A stretch of 64,000 bases of DNA from Minisyncoccia bacterium (GCA_049305795.1 JBAQPM010000006.1:38902-102901); one strand, 5' to 3'; shown: positions 7,706 to 17,945, counted from the stretch's first letter. Translations and numbers: made by a program. Notes: a model not told the origin generated them from the sequence alone.

Positions 7706-10459
7706 ATGGAAGGACTTGAACGACCTCTTACAACTCCCGAAGAGGAGCTTGCCTATCTGCGCGCGCAGGTTGAAGCAAAAGAAAAGGAGCTTTTTGCACT
7801 TCGGGAAGTACAGCCACGCGAAGAAGTTGTTCGCGAGCGCATTGTGCATCACCGTAACATCGAAGGGGAGAAGGTCCTTGCATCCGAATACCGTCTTACC
7901 GAACCTGAGGTTCGTGTTCTCGCGCTTAACCTTGATCCGGATGATAACGACGAAACCATAGAGGAACTCCGAGGTATTTTAGAAGCGAAAGGTGTTAAGA
8001 ATGCACTTTCCGTTCTTGAGAAACTTAAAAATCCACACCTCGAAGACGACTTTCACCGCTTCCTTGTGCAATACATTGCAGGCGGCATGGAAGTTAAGGG
8101 TTGGTCGGAGAAAGAGCCAACGTGGAAAGCGCTTCACATGACGCTATATGAGGTTGCCCTTCCTGAACCGACCGGAAGTACGGGCGAAGATCGGGCAAAA
8201 ACCCTCAAAGAGCTTGTTTCTTCGATGGAACAATTTTATTCTGGCATGCTCTCGGTTAGTTCAGGGAGCGCGAGTGATGAACCCTCGTATTTTTCGATGG
8301 AACTCGCTGTTCCAGTGAACCGTCCCGAACTTCTTTTTTATGTTGCCGTGCCTAACCATAAGCGTGCCCTTTTTGAACAACAGCTTCTTGCGATATTTCC
8401 AGATGCGCATCTTGTTCCTCAGCCAAACGACTACAACGTTTTTGCAGAAGACGGTACTACGCAAGTTGCTGTTGCAACCCTTGCCACCAAAGCGGTCCTA
8501 CCGCTAAAAGATTATGCTGACTTTGATTACGACCCGCTAAACGCCTTACTAAATGCTTTCGGGAAAATTGAAGAAGCGGGTGAGGGTGCTGCACTGCAAA
8601 TCGTGATTGAGCCATCAGGAGAACGGTATATTTCGCACTATCGTAAAATCTTGCAAGCGCTGCGGCGTGGAGAAAATCAATCGAAAGCTTTTTCAACTCC
8701 GGAAGGACTCCTGGGCGAAGTCGCACGTGACTTTGGTTCAACATTGTTTGGCAAGTCACGGGATTATAAAGATGAACACGAAACCCGCACGCGCCAAACC
8801 GAAGCAAATAAGACAGATATTGAGCAAGTAGAGAAAAAGATTGCTGCACCCATTGTGCGTACCACCATCCGTCTTTTAGTTTCTTCGAGTAATCCATCTC
8901 GTGCTTCTCTCGGGCTTTCTGATCTTGAGGCTGCCTTTAATCAGTTTGGTAACACCCAGGGAAATCATTTAGTATTCGCGCATCCAACAGGGGAGCGGGC
9001 ACGTCAGGTTTTTAAAAGTTTCTCTTATCGCTTGCCTTCGCCAGACGTGCTTCCGCTTTCGCTTCGTGAACTCACCACGATGTATCATTTTCCTCCGCGG
9101 GGCATTGCATCCACGCCTCAACTCAAACAGTCCCGTTTTGCCGCAGCACCGGCACCAATGCATCTACCTAAGGCAGGACTCCAAATTGGTATAAACACCT
9201 ATCGCGGACAACAAACGGAGGTACGCATTGCGGACGAAGATCGTTTGCGACATCTGTATGTTATTGGTCAGACGGGTGCCGGAAAAACCGGACTCTTGAA
9301 GACAATGATTGCACAAGACATCGCTGAGGGACGCGGCGTTTGTTTTATTGACCCGCACGGCAACGACGTGCTTGATGTTCTTGCCATGGTTCCGCCTGAA
9401 CGTTACGAAGACGTTATTTATTTTGACCCTGCAGAAATTTCTCGGCCGTTCGGGCTTAACATGCTCGAATACGATGAAAACCGTCCCGAGCAAAAAACAT
9501 TTATCGTAAACGAGCTGTTGATGATTTTCCGTCGCTTATATGGCGATGTTCCGGAGTCCATGGGCCCAGCTTTTGAACAATATTTTAGAAACGCGACGCT
9601 TTTGGTGATGGAGTATCCTGAATCGGGTTCCACCATGCTCGATATCGCGCGCGTTCTCTCAAACGAGGAGTTTCGTCGTCTCAAATTGTCGAAAAGCAGA
9701 AATCCAATTGTGAATCAATTTTGGAATGAGATTGCCACAAAGGCGGGAGGAGATGCGGCCCTTGAAAATATCGTTCCCTATATCACCAACAAATTCGACG
9801 ATTTCACCGCAAACGATTTTATTCGTCCCATTGTTGGACAACAGCATTCTTCTTTTAATTTCCGTGAAGTCATTGATTCGAAAAAGATTCTCCTGGTGAA
9901 TCTTTCAAAGGGTCGGCTTGGTGAACGTAATGCAAACCTGCTCGGTCTTATTCTGGTCGGAAAACTTTTCATGGCCGCACTTTCGCGAGCGGATAATCCA
10001 CGCGCGGAATTTCCGCCCTTCTATTTGTATATTGATGAATTTCAGAACATCACGACTGACTCTATTCCAGGCATTCTCTCTGAAGCTCGAAAATACAAGC
10101 TGTCGCTCACCGTGGCACACCAATTTCTTGCCCAAATAGACGATAAAGTTCGCGAAGCGGTTTTTGGAAACGTGGGTTCCATGGCCGTGTTTCGTGTCGG
10201 AGAAGAAGATGCCGAATTTTTTGAGAAACAATTTGCTCCTGTCTTTTCTTCGCTCGATTTTGTGAATATTGAAAATAGAAATGCCTATGTCCGCATTCTT
10301 GCAAACGGAGTTCCGCAAAAGCCTTTCAACATCAAAACACTTGAGCTTCCCAAAGGAAATCAAAACCAAATAGATGATTTGCGTGAACTGTCATACCTCA
10401 CCTATGGTCGCGACCGTCAACAGGTAGAGGATTTCATCCGTGCGCGGTATCTGTCATAA
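7706..10459 (+). CDS. TraG/VirD4/TrwB-like coupling-type P-loop ATPase (FtsK-HerA superfamily) with a large novel N-terminal domain
   Basis: Motifs present: Walker A HLYVIGQTGAGKTGL, Walker B FYLYIDEFQN, and the TraG/VirD4 signature ARKYKLSLTVAHQFLAQI. The ~470-aa N-terminal region has no TM helix and matches no domain I recognise. Confidence 0.7.
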   Translation: MEGLERPLTTPEEELAYLRAQVEAKEKELFALREVQPREEVVRERIVHHRNIEGEKVLASEYRLTEPEVRVLALNLDPDDNDETIEELRGILEAKGVKNALSVLEKLKNPHLEDDFHRFLVQYIAGGMEVKGWSEKEPTWKALHMTLYEVALPEPTGSTGEDRAKTLKELVSSMEQFYSGMLSVSSGSASDEPSYFSMELAVPVNRPELLFYVAVPNHKRALFEQQLLAIFPDAHLVPQPNDYNVFAEDGTTQVAVATLATKAVLPLKDYADFDYDPLNALLNAFGKIEEAGEGAALQIVIEPSGERYISHYRKILQALRRGENQSKAFSTPEGLLGEVARDFGSTLFGKSRDYKDEHETRTRQTEANKTDIEQVEKKIAAPIVRTTIRLLVSSSNPSRASLGLSDLEAAFNQFGNTQGNHLVFAHPTGERARQVFKSFSYRLPSPDVLPLSLRELTTMYHFPPRGIASTPQLKQSRFAAAPAPMHLPKAGLQIGINTYRGQQTEVRIADEDRLRHLYVIGQTGAGKTGLLKTMIAQDIAEGRGVCFIDPHGNDVLDVLAMVPPERYEDVIYFDPAEISRPFGLNMLEYDENRPEQKTFIVNELLMIFRRLYGDVPESMGPAFEQYFRNATLLVMEYPESGSTMLDIARVLSNEEFRRLKLSKSRNPIVNQFWNEIATKAGGDAALENIVPYITNKFDDFTANDFIRPIVGQQHSSFNFREVIDSKKILLVNLSKGRLGERNANLLGLILVGKLFMAALSRADNPRAEFPPFYLYIDEFQNITTDSIPGILSEARKYKLSLTVAHQFLAQIDDKVREAVFGNVGSMAVFRVGEEDAEFFEKQFAPVFSSLDFVNIENRNAYVRILANGVPQKPFNIKTLELPKGNQNQIDDLRELSYLTYGRDRQQVEDFIRARYLS

Positions 10460-10482
10460 TACGGGTACATTCTCAATTTTAT

Positions 10483-13032
10483 ATGTCTGAAATTCCTCCG
10501 CGTATAGTTCCAAATCCCGAAAATGCGCTCGATCCAGGGCGTGCTGAAGCTTTTCAAAAAAGTGCAAAGACAAAAGAAAAAATAGTCTTGGATGCTTCAC
10601 CTGTTTCATCACAAGAGAGTGGGAATACCACGAAGGAGTATAAAGAACGCTTAAGTTGGCTTGTCTCACAATTTCAAAAACCAAAATTAAAGAAAGGCAA
10701 GGAAGCTCAGAGAAATCCAGAAAAAATAAAACCTCTTTCGCCCTTCGCCGAACAAGAATTTAAAAAGGCTCTTTTATCAACAAGCAACGCATCTGAGGTA
10801 ATTTTCTCTGAGCGAAAAAATGAAAATTTCTTAACGACCAAAAAGGGTAATAGTGAACGAATACTTTCAGACACGAAAGCATTTAGAGAAGCCCTTGCGG
10901 TTGCGCGAGCGGAAGATGCTGGGATTGAAATAAAAAAAGCCCGAGAAGATATGCTTGCTGCAGAGCAAGCATATCTTGAGGAGGAAAAGAAATTCCATAA
11001 AAAACATTCCCTATTGGGACGAAAAATGGCTTCACAGCTTGGAAAAATTGATCTTCAAAAGACTGAAGCAGAATATAACGAAAAAAGTCTCGCTTTTGAA
11101 AAGGTGCTTGAGGATCGTCTTAAGAATCGTTTGGCTATAAGAGATTATTCAAAAATCTCTATGTTTGCAGAGGAGCGTGATGAGGAGGGGAATGTGCTTC
11201 GTATTGCAACTAATCCCGAAGATTTTGCGAAGAAAGTGGCAGCACGGTATCGACGTATGATGATTTCGCGGGACATCATTGATCGAGGGGCGACGCAACT
11301 TGCGGAAACGAGAGCTGCAGCACTTGATGCAAAAGGAAAAAAGACATTTGATAAGGCTCTGGGATGGGTGGCGGGACTAAACAAAGGACTCGAAGATAAA
11401 CTTGGTAAAAGGGGTGCGCGTGCAGCTCGTATACTTACGGGCGCTGCCGTAGGTGCATTTGCAGGAAGTCTTACGGGAGGAGCTGGATTCCTTTGGGGAT
11501 TTGGGACACGCACGATGCGTGCAGTACTTGGAACGTCCTTTGGGGCGGCTGCTGGATATGGCGCAGGGAAAGCGTATATGGCTACGCTAGGTAAGGGTGC
11601 CGCAGAAAAGCTTGCTGCCGCGCGCGAAACTGCTGCTACCGATGCTAAGGGAATCAAGGCAAAACGTAAGGCATACGCGAGTGGTACAGAAGAAGCTATT
11701 GCAAGAAAACGGGCACTCGTTGAGTCGCTTACGGCAGTACTTACGGGTGCCGGAGTGTCCATGGAATCTGCCCGCCTGTTTGCAGAAAACGAAATTGTTA
11801 CACAGGCTCTTTCGGATGCTTCAGACTCTGTTAATCCGGTTTCTGCTCCTGAGGCTCTCGCGTCAGTACTGCCACCAAGCCCATTGTTGGCAGTAACGAG
11901 TGTTGAGGTGCGAACCGGGGAGGGTGCCATTGGTCTTTTCAAGCATCTCCAACAACAGCTTCAAGAAACGTATGCGAGTGTTGATCGGGCAACTCTTCCA
12001 CACTCCGTGCAGCATATGCTCACGCTTTCTCCTCAAGAACTCGCTAAAGAGTATGGTTTTTACAATCCATCGGCTGCTGCGGAAAGTGCCCTCATACCAA
12101 GAGGTGCAACCCTTGGCATTGATCCAGGAGGCAGTTTGGTTTACGAGGCGCCAACAGCTCACGGTTCACATCTTATGGTTCTTGAGCAGGGAAGCACGGC
12201 TTCGGTAACTCCTTTTCATGGGACCATGCAAGATACTGATGCGTCTTCGCGGCCAACCCAAGGACCGGTAACTCATTCTGAAACACGAGCTGAAGTTGAT
12301 GCACGAGAACGTGCTGAAACAGCGAGGCTCATGACTGAACAACATCTTCGAAATGTTGAAGCACAACGTGCGTTTGACGCACAGCGCACAGCGCCTCCTG
12401 TAGTTCCAGAAACAGCTCCTGTCCCCACAGCTCCTCCTACTATTGTCCCAGAGACTACTCGTGTTTCTCCCGTGGCTCCTGTTGAAGTTACTCAAGTTCC
12501 TCGTCCAGCTGCGTCTCTCAGTGATTCGGAGAAGTTCAGAATTTTGAGTGAGTGGTCGAAGCTACATAAGGGCGAGCCGTGGCCCCCTGGTGGCCTTGAT
12601 TACGACAAGGCTGCCGCTGAGCTTGCGAATCCGGAAGTATCCAGTTCTTCCGTTGAGTCTCAACCGCTCGCATCCCTCGGACAAGTTCCCGAGACTCCAG
12701 TGATTTCACAAGAGGGAATTGTTCAAGGTATTGATGGTCTTACGGTAAATACCGGAGAAGCCCATGTGTATCAAAACACAGACGATTCTTTCGTTGTTTT
12801 TGGAGGGACTGAGGAAACACGGTCTCGTCTTACATTTGAATTCTTACAAAAAAATCCAAGAGCAACTATCTTGGTGGAAAGCTATACGACGAATGACAAA
12901 GGTCTTACCATTCCATGGAAAATGGTAAATGGAGAGCCTGTACCAGGCGAGCCGATTCGAGATACGTTTCTAGGATTTGGAGGATTTGCAAGTGAGCCTG
13001 ATCCGACTACCTTTAAAAGCAAAATATTATAA
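10483..13032 (+). CDS. large hypothetical protein with a coiled-coil N-terminus, a Gly-zipper TM segment and a Pro/Thr-rich region
   Basis: The 849-aa protein has a Lys/Glu coiled-coil region. A glycine-zipper hydrophobic segment (ILTGAAVGAFAGSLTGGAGFLWGFG) and a PVVPETAPVPTAPPTIVPETT linker are present. Confidence 0.65.
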   Translation: MSEIPPRIVPNPENALDPGRAEAFQKSAKTKEKIVLDASPVSSQESGNTTKEYKERLSWLVSQFQKPKLKKGKEAQRNPEKIKPLSPFAEQEFKKALLSTSNASEVIFSERKNENFLTTKKGNSERILSDTKAFREALAVARAEDAGIEIKKAREDMLAAEQAYLEEEKKFHKKHSLLGRKMASQLGKIDLQKTEAEYNEKSLAFEKVLEDRLKNRLAIRDYSKISMFAEERDEEGNVLRIATNPEDFAKKVAARYRRMMISRDIIDRGATQLAETRAAALDAKGKKTFDKALGWVAGLNKGLEDKLGKRGARAARILTGAAVGAFAGSLTGGAGFLWGFGTRTMRAVLGTSFGAAAGYGAGKAYMATLGKGAAEKLAAARETAATDAKGIKAKRKAYASGTEEAIARKRALVESLTAVLTGAGVSMESARLFAENEIVTQALSDASDSVNPVSAPEALASVLPPSPLLAVTSVEVRTGEGAIGLFKHLQQQLQETYASVDRATLPHSVQHMLTLSPQELAKEYGFYNPSAAAESALIPRGATLGIDPGGSLVYEAPTAHGSHLMVLEQGSTASVTPFHGTMQDTDASSRPTQGPVTHSETRAEVDARERAETARLMTEQHLRNVEAQRAFDAQRTAPPVVPETAPVPTAPPTIVPETTRVSPVAPVEVTQVPRPAASLSDSEKFRILSEWSKLHKGEPWPPGGLDYDKAAAELANPEVSSSSVESQPLASLGQVPETPVISQEGIVQGIDGLTVNTGEAHVYQNTDDSFVVFGGTEETRSRLTFEFLQKNPRATILVESYTTNDKGLTIPWKMVNGEPVPGEPIRDTFLGFGGFASEPDPTTFKSKIL

Positions 13033-13038
13033 AGACGT

Positions 13039-13332
13039 ATGGATGTTTCTACCCAAAAAAATCTACTTCAAGCACTCAATCTAGAAGATTTTCCGCTGAA
13101 AGAACAAGAAGAAATGCTTCTTAGTGTTGGTGATCTTGTATTTAAAAATTCACTGGTAAAACTTTTGGAGCAGATGGATGATGCAATGAAAGATGCTTTC
13201 GCAGCACTACTTGAAAAAAATCCTTCAGAAGAGGAGGTGGTCGCTTTCCTCCAGAAAGTGCCGGGAGCAGATAAGGCAGTTGCTGAGACTGTACAGGAGC
13301 TTACGGATGATATACTAGCGGCAACCAAATAA
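13039..13332 (+). CDS. small acidic hypothetical protein
   Basis: The 97-aa protein is tightly packed 6 nt after the upstream gene. Confidence 0.5.
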   Translation: MDVSTQKNLLQALNLEDFPLKEQEEMLLSVGDLVFKNSLVKLLEQMDDAMKDAFAALLEKNPSEEEVVAFLQKVPGADKAVAETVQELTDDILAATK

Positions 13333-13343
13333 TTATCGAGCAT

Positions 13344-13865
13344 ATGAACATCACTGGTACCGGAGTTGCAGTCGCCCTTGCCGTTTCTGTGGCTCTCGCG
13401 TTCTTGTTTTTCGGGCCTGCTATATTTACTTCTTTTAATGCAGCTTCTAATTCCGCCGCAACAGCGGAGGCAACAACAGATATGACTCTTCCTGCAAATG
13501 ATGGTGCAATTGATTCAGTTCCTACACAAGATTCAGATACATTAAGAATTAATGACGCAAAAGTGGGAATGGGTGCCACTGCGGAGGCGGGTGACACGGT
13601 CACAGTGAATTATGTTGGCGCACTCACTGACGGTACTGTTTTTGATGCTTCACAAAATCATGGTCAGCCATTTACCTTCACGCTTGGTTCAGGCGAGGTG
13701 ATTTCTGGATGGGACCAAGGTCTTGTTGGTATGAAAGAGGGAGGACAGCGTTTGCTTGTTATTCCTGCCAACATGGCGTATGGAGATAAGGCTGTAGGTC
13801 CGATACCAGCGAATTCGACACTTGTTTTTCAGGTTGAGTTGGTAAAAGTAGAGAAAGGAAAATAG
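13344..13865 (+). CDS. FKBP-type peptidyl-prolyl cis-trans isomerase, membrane-anchored
   Basis: There is an N-terminal TM or signal segment. The FKBP core reads GDTVTVNYVGALTDGTVFDASQNHGQPFTFTLGSGEVISGWDQGLVGMKEGG. Confidence 0.85.
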   Translation: MNITGTGVAVALAVSVALAFLFFGPAIFTSFNAASNSAATAEATTDMTLPANDGAIDSVPTQDSDTLRINDAKVGMGATAEAGDTVTVNYVGALTDGTVFDASQNHGQPFTFTLGSGEVISGWDQGLVGMKEGGQRLLVIPANMAYGDKAVGPIPANSTLVFQVELVKVEKGK

Positions 13866-13882
13866 CAACCAATTTCAAAAGT

Positions 13883-13927
13883 AAAACCGCCGAGTTTTCG
13901 TGAGAAAACTCGGCGGTAGTGTTTGTT
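13883..13927. terminator. bidirectional terminator between convergent genes
   Basis: The hairpin is ccgccgagttttc-gtga-gaaaactcggcgg, with A-runs on one side and T-runs on the other. Confidence 0.6.
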
Positions 13928-14480
13928 AGTACGGGCTCTTAGTCAGAACCGAGATACTGTATTCTTCGTAGCCCGGTCGGGTCACGAGCTCTCGAAGACA
14001 ATTTTCAAAGGTATAGGTTTTACCTCCACCTTGGACAATGCCGTTCGCGATCCCACCCATGCCGTATACGGACCCGGTATACTGGGCATATTCGCCAATC
14101 ATGCCAGCAGTCCCCGCAAAAGCTTGGGAACCGAGCGCGCCGCCGGCAGCACCTGCGAGCGCATAGACCACGCCGTTGATGGCAATGGCTACGAATTCGT
14201 TGGGCCTGACCACGCTTGTATACTCCTGGCACGCAACTTCCGCGTCGGCGATGAACTTCTGGAGGCCAGGAGTCTTGTCGCCTGCCCGCACGATGTAGTT
14301 CATTTTGAGGCCGCTTGTCCGCAAGAGCCAGTCCGGAACGTCCTGGTTGTGTGCGACGATGACCGACGTAATGCCGTTGGGCGCCGTGAAGGGAATCTGC
14401 ACAGCCTCACCTTGAACACAGCCGGCAACGAGAGTTGCAGCCAAGGAGGCCGCAATAATGGGATTGGACTTGTTCCTCAT
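13926..14480 (-). CDS. lipoprotein with a Gly-zipper-like C-terminal domain
   Basis: A lipobox (LVAGC) follows the signal peptide. A glycine-rich region GAAGGALGSQAFAGTAGMIG is present, and the RBS ggagg lies upstream on the minus strand. Confidence 0.65.
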   Translation of the reverse strand: MRNKSNPIIAASLAATLVAGCVQGEAVQIPFTAPNGITSVIVAHNQDVPDWLLRTSGLKMNYIVRAGDKTPGLQKFIADAEVACQEYTSVVRPNEFVAIAINGVVYALAGAAGGALGSQAFAGTAGMIGEYAQYTGSVYGMGGIANGIVQGGGKTYTFENCLRELVTRPGYEEYSISVLTKSPY

Positions 14481-14632
14481 CGGAACCTCCTTGGTTGGAA
14501 TTGAAGGGAATCTCTCAAAAGAGACTCCGAACTTCTGAGGTTAATTATATACCTATACTACATACTTGTCAATAGCCCTAATAGGCCCGTGTTTACTTGC
14601 TCAAATGGCGCGCGGCGGATAGGGTAAGGGGA

Positions 14633-15853
14633 ATGGCGGCTATCTCTTTTTCGATAGAAAAGCGCGCGACCAAAGGTCGCGCGCGTTCTGGCATTTTGAA
14701 AACGCCTCATGGCGATATCCAAACCCCTGCCTTTGTCCCTGTTGGAACCAAGGCAAACGTAAAAGGCATTTTACCTACAGCGCTTGAATCGCTTGGTGCA
14801 CAGGTCGTTCTTGCAAACACCTATCATCTGTATCTACAGCCTGGTGAAAAAATAGTCGAACAGGCAGGAGGTTTGGGAAAATTTATGGGATGGCATGGTC
14901 CCACCATGACTGATTCCGGCGGATACCAAGTCTTTTCCCTCGGAGCTGCCTTTGGTCGAAACGTGACTAAGATTGCAAAGGGCGAAGAAAAACCACGAGA
15001 GCATAGTGTCGCAATGTATGACGACGAGGTGCGTAGCCAACACGGACAACTTGCCGTGATTGACGACGAGGGAGTTACCTTCACCTCGCACATCGATGGG
15101 TCACTCCATCGTTTTACTCCCGAACGTTCCATTGAAATTCAACACGCCCTCGGCGCTGATATGTTTTTTGCTTTTGACGAATGCACGGCACCCACCGAAA
15201 GCTATGAATACCAAAGGGAAGCCATGGAGCGTACCCATCGCTGGGCAGAACGTTCTCTTAAGGCCCATCGACAAAACATCGAGGCAAGTAAAAAACAAGC
15301 GATCTTCGGCATCGTACAGGGAGGTCGTCACGAGGATTTGCGAAAAGAATCAGCGCGTGAAATTGCCTCGATGGGTTTTGACGGCATCGGCATCGGAGGC
15401 TCTTTCAGTAAGGAAGACATGCGAGGCGCACTGCAAGCGGCAGTGGGCGAATTGCCCGAAGAACTTCCAAAACATTTCCTTGGCATTGGCGAGCCCGGAG
15501 ATGTGCTTGAGGGTATTGCACATGGTATGGATCTTTTCGACTGTGTGGCGGCGACCCGCATCGGACGGCACGGTTCGGTGTATACGAAACGCGGCATCAT
15601 TCACATCACTGGCGAAAAATATAAAGATGACTTCGGGCCGCTTGATCCGCGAATCATCATTCCTGGCACAGAGAGATTCACCCGTGCCTACATTGCCCAC
15701 CTCGTTCGCTCTGGTGAAATGCTCGGCTCTGTTATTTGTTCCATGCACAACGTCGGCTTTATTTTGAAACTTGTTGACGAGGCACGCGCGGCTATTACGA
15801 ATGGACAATTTGATGACTTCCGGCGAGACTTTATACGCGACTACTATGGCTAA
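14633..15853 (+). CDS. tgt: queuine tRNA-ribosyltransferase (tRNA-guanine transglycosylase)
   Basis: Tgt motifs DSGGYQVFSL, FAFDECT, LGIGEPGD...DLFDCV and RAYIAHL are present. The start at 14633 follows aagggga. Confidence 0.9.
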   Translation: MAAISFSIEKRATKGRARSGILKTPHGDIQTPAFVPVGTKANVKGILPTALESLGAQVVLANTYHLYLQPGEKIVEQAGGLGKFMGWHGPTMTDSGGYQVFSLGAAFGRNVTKIAKGEEKPREHSVAMYDDEVRSQHGQLAVIDDEGVTFTSHIDGSLHRFTPERSIEIQHALGADMFFAFDECTAPTESYEYQREAMERTHRWAERSLKAHRQNIEASKKQAIFGIVQGGRHEDLRKESAREIASMGFDGIGIGGSFSKEDMRGALQAAVGELPEELPKHFLGIGEPGDVLEGIAHGMDLFDCVAATRIGRHGSVYTKRGIIHITGEKYKDDFGPLDPRIIIPGTERFTRAYIAHLVRSGEMLGSVICSMHNVGFILKLVDEARAAITNGQFDDFRRDFIRDYYG

Positions 15854-17915
15854 TTTTAAACTTCACTCCCCGTTTCCTCCTGCGGGCGATCAGCCCAAGG
15901 CTATCGAAGCTCTTTCAAAGGGTCTTGATAAAGGTCTTGTCCACCAGACACTTCTTGGGGTGACCGGCTCAGGGAAAACATATACTGCCGCGAATGTCAT
16001 CGCGCACCTTGATAAACCAACGCTGGTGTTGGCACACAACAAAACCCTTGCCGCCCAGCTTGCCCAGGAGTATCGCGAATTTTTCCCTGAAAATGCGGTG
16101 CATTATTTTGTTTCTTACTACGACTATTATCAGCCGGAAGCATATATCGCACACTCAGACACCTATATTGAAAAAGAGGCTCAGATAAATGCGGAGATTG
16201 ATCGTTTGCGCCACGCAGCAACGCAGGCCCTCCTTACCCGCAAAGATGTGATCATTGTGGCTTCGGTTTCTGCCATTTACGGTCTTGGTTCACCAGAACA
16301 ATACGAAAAGGTGCATGTGAAGCTTGTTAATGGTGCAGAAGTTGAGGGCGGCAGAGCAGGTCTCATCCGTCAGCTCATTCGTATTTACTTTGAACGCACG
16401 AATGCTGACCTTGAGCCAGGAAACATTCGAGCGGTGGGGAACGCGGTTGAGTTTATGCCAGTAAACGAACGCTCTATTTATCGTGTGCGTTTTGACGGCG
16501 ATAGCATCGCAGCAATCGAAACGCTTGATCCGATTTCTCGTGCACGCACGGGGGAGGTTGATTCTGCGTTTATTTTTCCTGCAAAGCACTTCGTGACCGA
16601 TGAACACGAACGTCTGCGTGCCATTGAAGACATAAAGCTTGAACTTGATGAACAGCTTGCAAAATTAAAGCGAGAAGAAAAGCCGCTTGAGGCGGAACGT
16701 CTCAAGCGGCGTACCCTTCACGACCTCTCACTCATTCGCGAAATTGGCTACACCAACGGCATTGAAAACTACTCACGGCATTTTGATGGACGAAAACCAG
16801 GAGAGCCGCCCCACACACTCCTTTCGTATTTTCCACATAAAAAAGATGGCTCGGCAGATTTTCTTACGGTCATTGACGAGTCGCACGTGACCATTTCACA
16901 AATTGGTGGCATGTATGCAGGTGATCGTTCGCGAAAAGATGTGTTGGTGGAATATGGTTTTCGTTTGCCTTCTGCGCGCGACAATCGCCCGCTTATGTTT
17001 TCAGAGTTTGAAGAACGTGTCGGACAGCGAATTTACACCTCGGCAACGCCAGGTCCCTATGAACGTGAACACTCAATTGCCCCCGTGGGTCAAATTGTTG
17101 AACAAATTATTCGCCCTACGGGACTTATTGATCCAGAACTAGTCATTCGCCCGGTAACCGAAACGGGTGATTTTCGAGGACAAGTTGCAGACTTTATTGA
17201 TGAGGCGGCTACAGTCATTAAACGCGGTGGCCGCGTTCTTGCGACAACGCTCACCAAACAAATGGCAGAAGATCTCTCTTCTTTTCTTAGGGCACGCGAT
17301 ATCAAAGCAGAGTATCTTCACTCCGACATCAAAACCATTGACCGCATTACCATCCTTACTGAATTTCGAAAGGGAACATTTGATATTTTGGTTGGCGTGA
17401 ACCTTCTTCGTGAAGGGCTCGATCTTCCCGAGGTTGAGCTGGTCGGCATACTCGATGCAGATAAAGAAGGTTTTCTCCGTAGCGAGACATCACTCATTCA
17501 AACTATTGGACGTGCAGCGCGCAACATCCTCGGACGGGTTATTTTGTATGCTGACAACATGACCGGCTCCCTTGAACGAGCCATTTCAGAAACGAATCGT
17601 CGCCGAGCGGTTCAAGTTGCCTACAACACCAAGCACGGCATCACACCAATAACTATTAAAAAAGAAATTCGAGATATTGCAGAATCCATCCGCAGCGAAC
17701 ACGACAAAACGGTGGATTCACTTCTCTCCATTGATGCAAAACTATACCGGGAAGACCCAGCAACGTTTGTCGAAGACAAGCGCCGCCAGATGGACGAAGC
17801 AGTGGAGGCACTCGATTTTGAAACGGCGGCGCTCATTCGTGATGAACTCTATGCACTTACGGGCGAAGGTAAGGGAAAAAAGAAATCCAGACCCACAAAG
17901 CGCAGAGGCCGTTAG
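15846..17915 (+). CDS. uvrB: excinuclease ABC subunit B
   Basis: UvrB helicase motifs (GVTGSGKT, the beta-hairpin region YYDYYQPEAY) are present. The start overlaps the tgt stop (ATGGCTAA). Confidence 0.95.
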   Translation: MANFKLHSPFPPAGDQPKAIEALSKGLDKGLVHQTLLGVTGSGKTYTAANVIAHLDKPTLVLAHNKTLAAQLAQEYREFFPENAVHYFVSYYDYYQPEAYIAHSDTYIEKEAQINAEIDRLRHAATQALLTRKDVIIVASVSAIYGLGSPEQYEKVHVKLVNGAEVEGGRAGLIRQLIRIYFERTNADLEPGNIRAVGNAVEFMPVNERSIYRVRFDGDSIAAIETLDPISRARTGEVDSAFIFPAKHFVTDEHERLRAIEDIKLELDEQLAKLKREEKPLEAERLKRRTLHDLSLIREIGYTNGIENYSRHFDGRKPGEPPHTLLSYFPHKKDGSADFLTVIDESHVTISQIGGMYAGDRSRKDVLVEYGFRLPSARDNRPLMFSEFEERVGQRIYTSATPGPYEREHSIAPVGQIVEQIIRPTGLIDPELVIRPVTETGDFRGQVADFIDEAATVIKRGGRVLATTLTKQMAEDLSSFLRARDIKAEYLHSDIKTIDRITILTEFRKGTFDILVGVNLLREGLDLPEVELVGILDADKEGFLRSETSLIQTIGRAARNILGRVILYADNMTGSLERAISETNRRRAVQVAYNTKHGITPITIKKEIRDIAESIRSEHDKTVDSLLSIDAKLYREDPATFVEDKRRQMDEAVEALDFETAALIRDELYALTGEGKGKKKSRPTKRRGR

Positions 17916-17945
17916 CGGCTTGTTGCACCTGGTATCATATACGAC

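Noticed and set aside
7706-10459. Canonical type IV secretion or conjugative coupling protein
   Set aside because: There are no N-terminal TM helices, and no relaxase, VirB4 or pilin genes in the neighbourhood. I describe it only as a TraG/VirD4-like ATPase domain.
11145-11942. 265-aa minus-strand ORF, Ala/Ser-rich
   Set aside because: It is antisense to the 849-aa gene and arises from GC-rich Ala/Gly codons on the coding strand. It has no RBS.
15060-15767. 235-aa + strand ORF in an alternative frame
   Set aside because: It is out of frame inside tgt and its translation is not protein-like.
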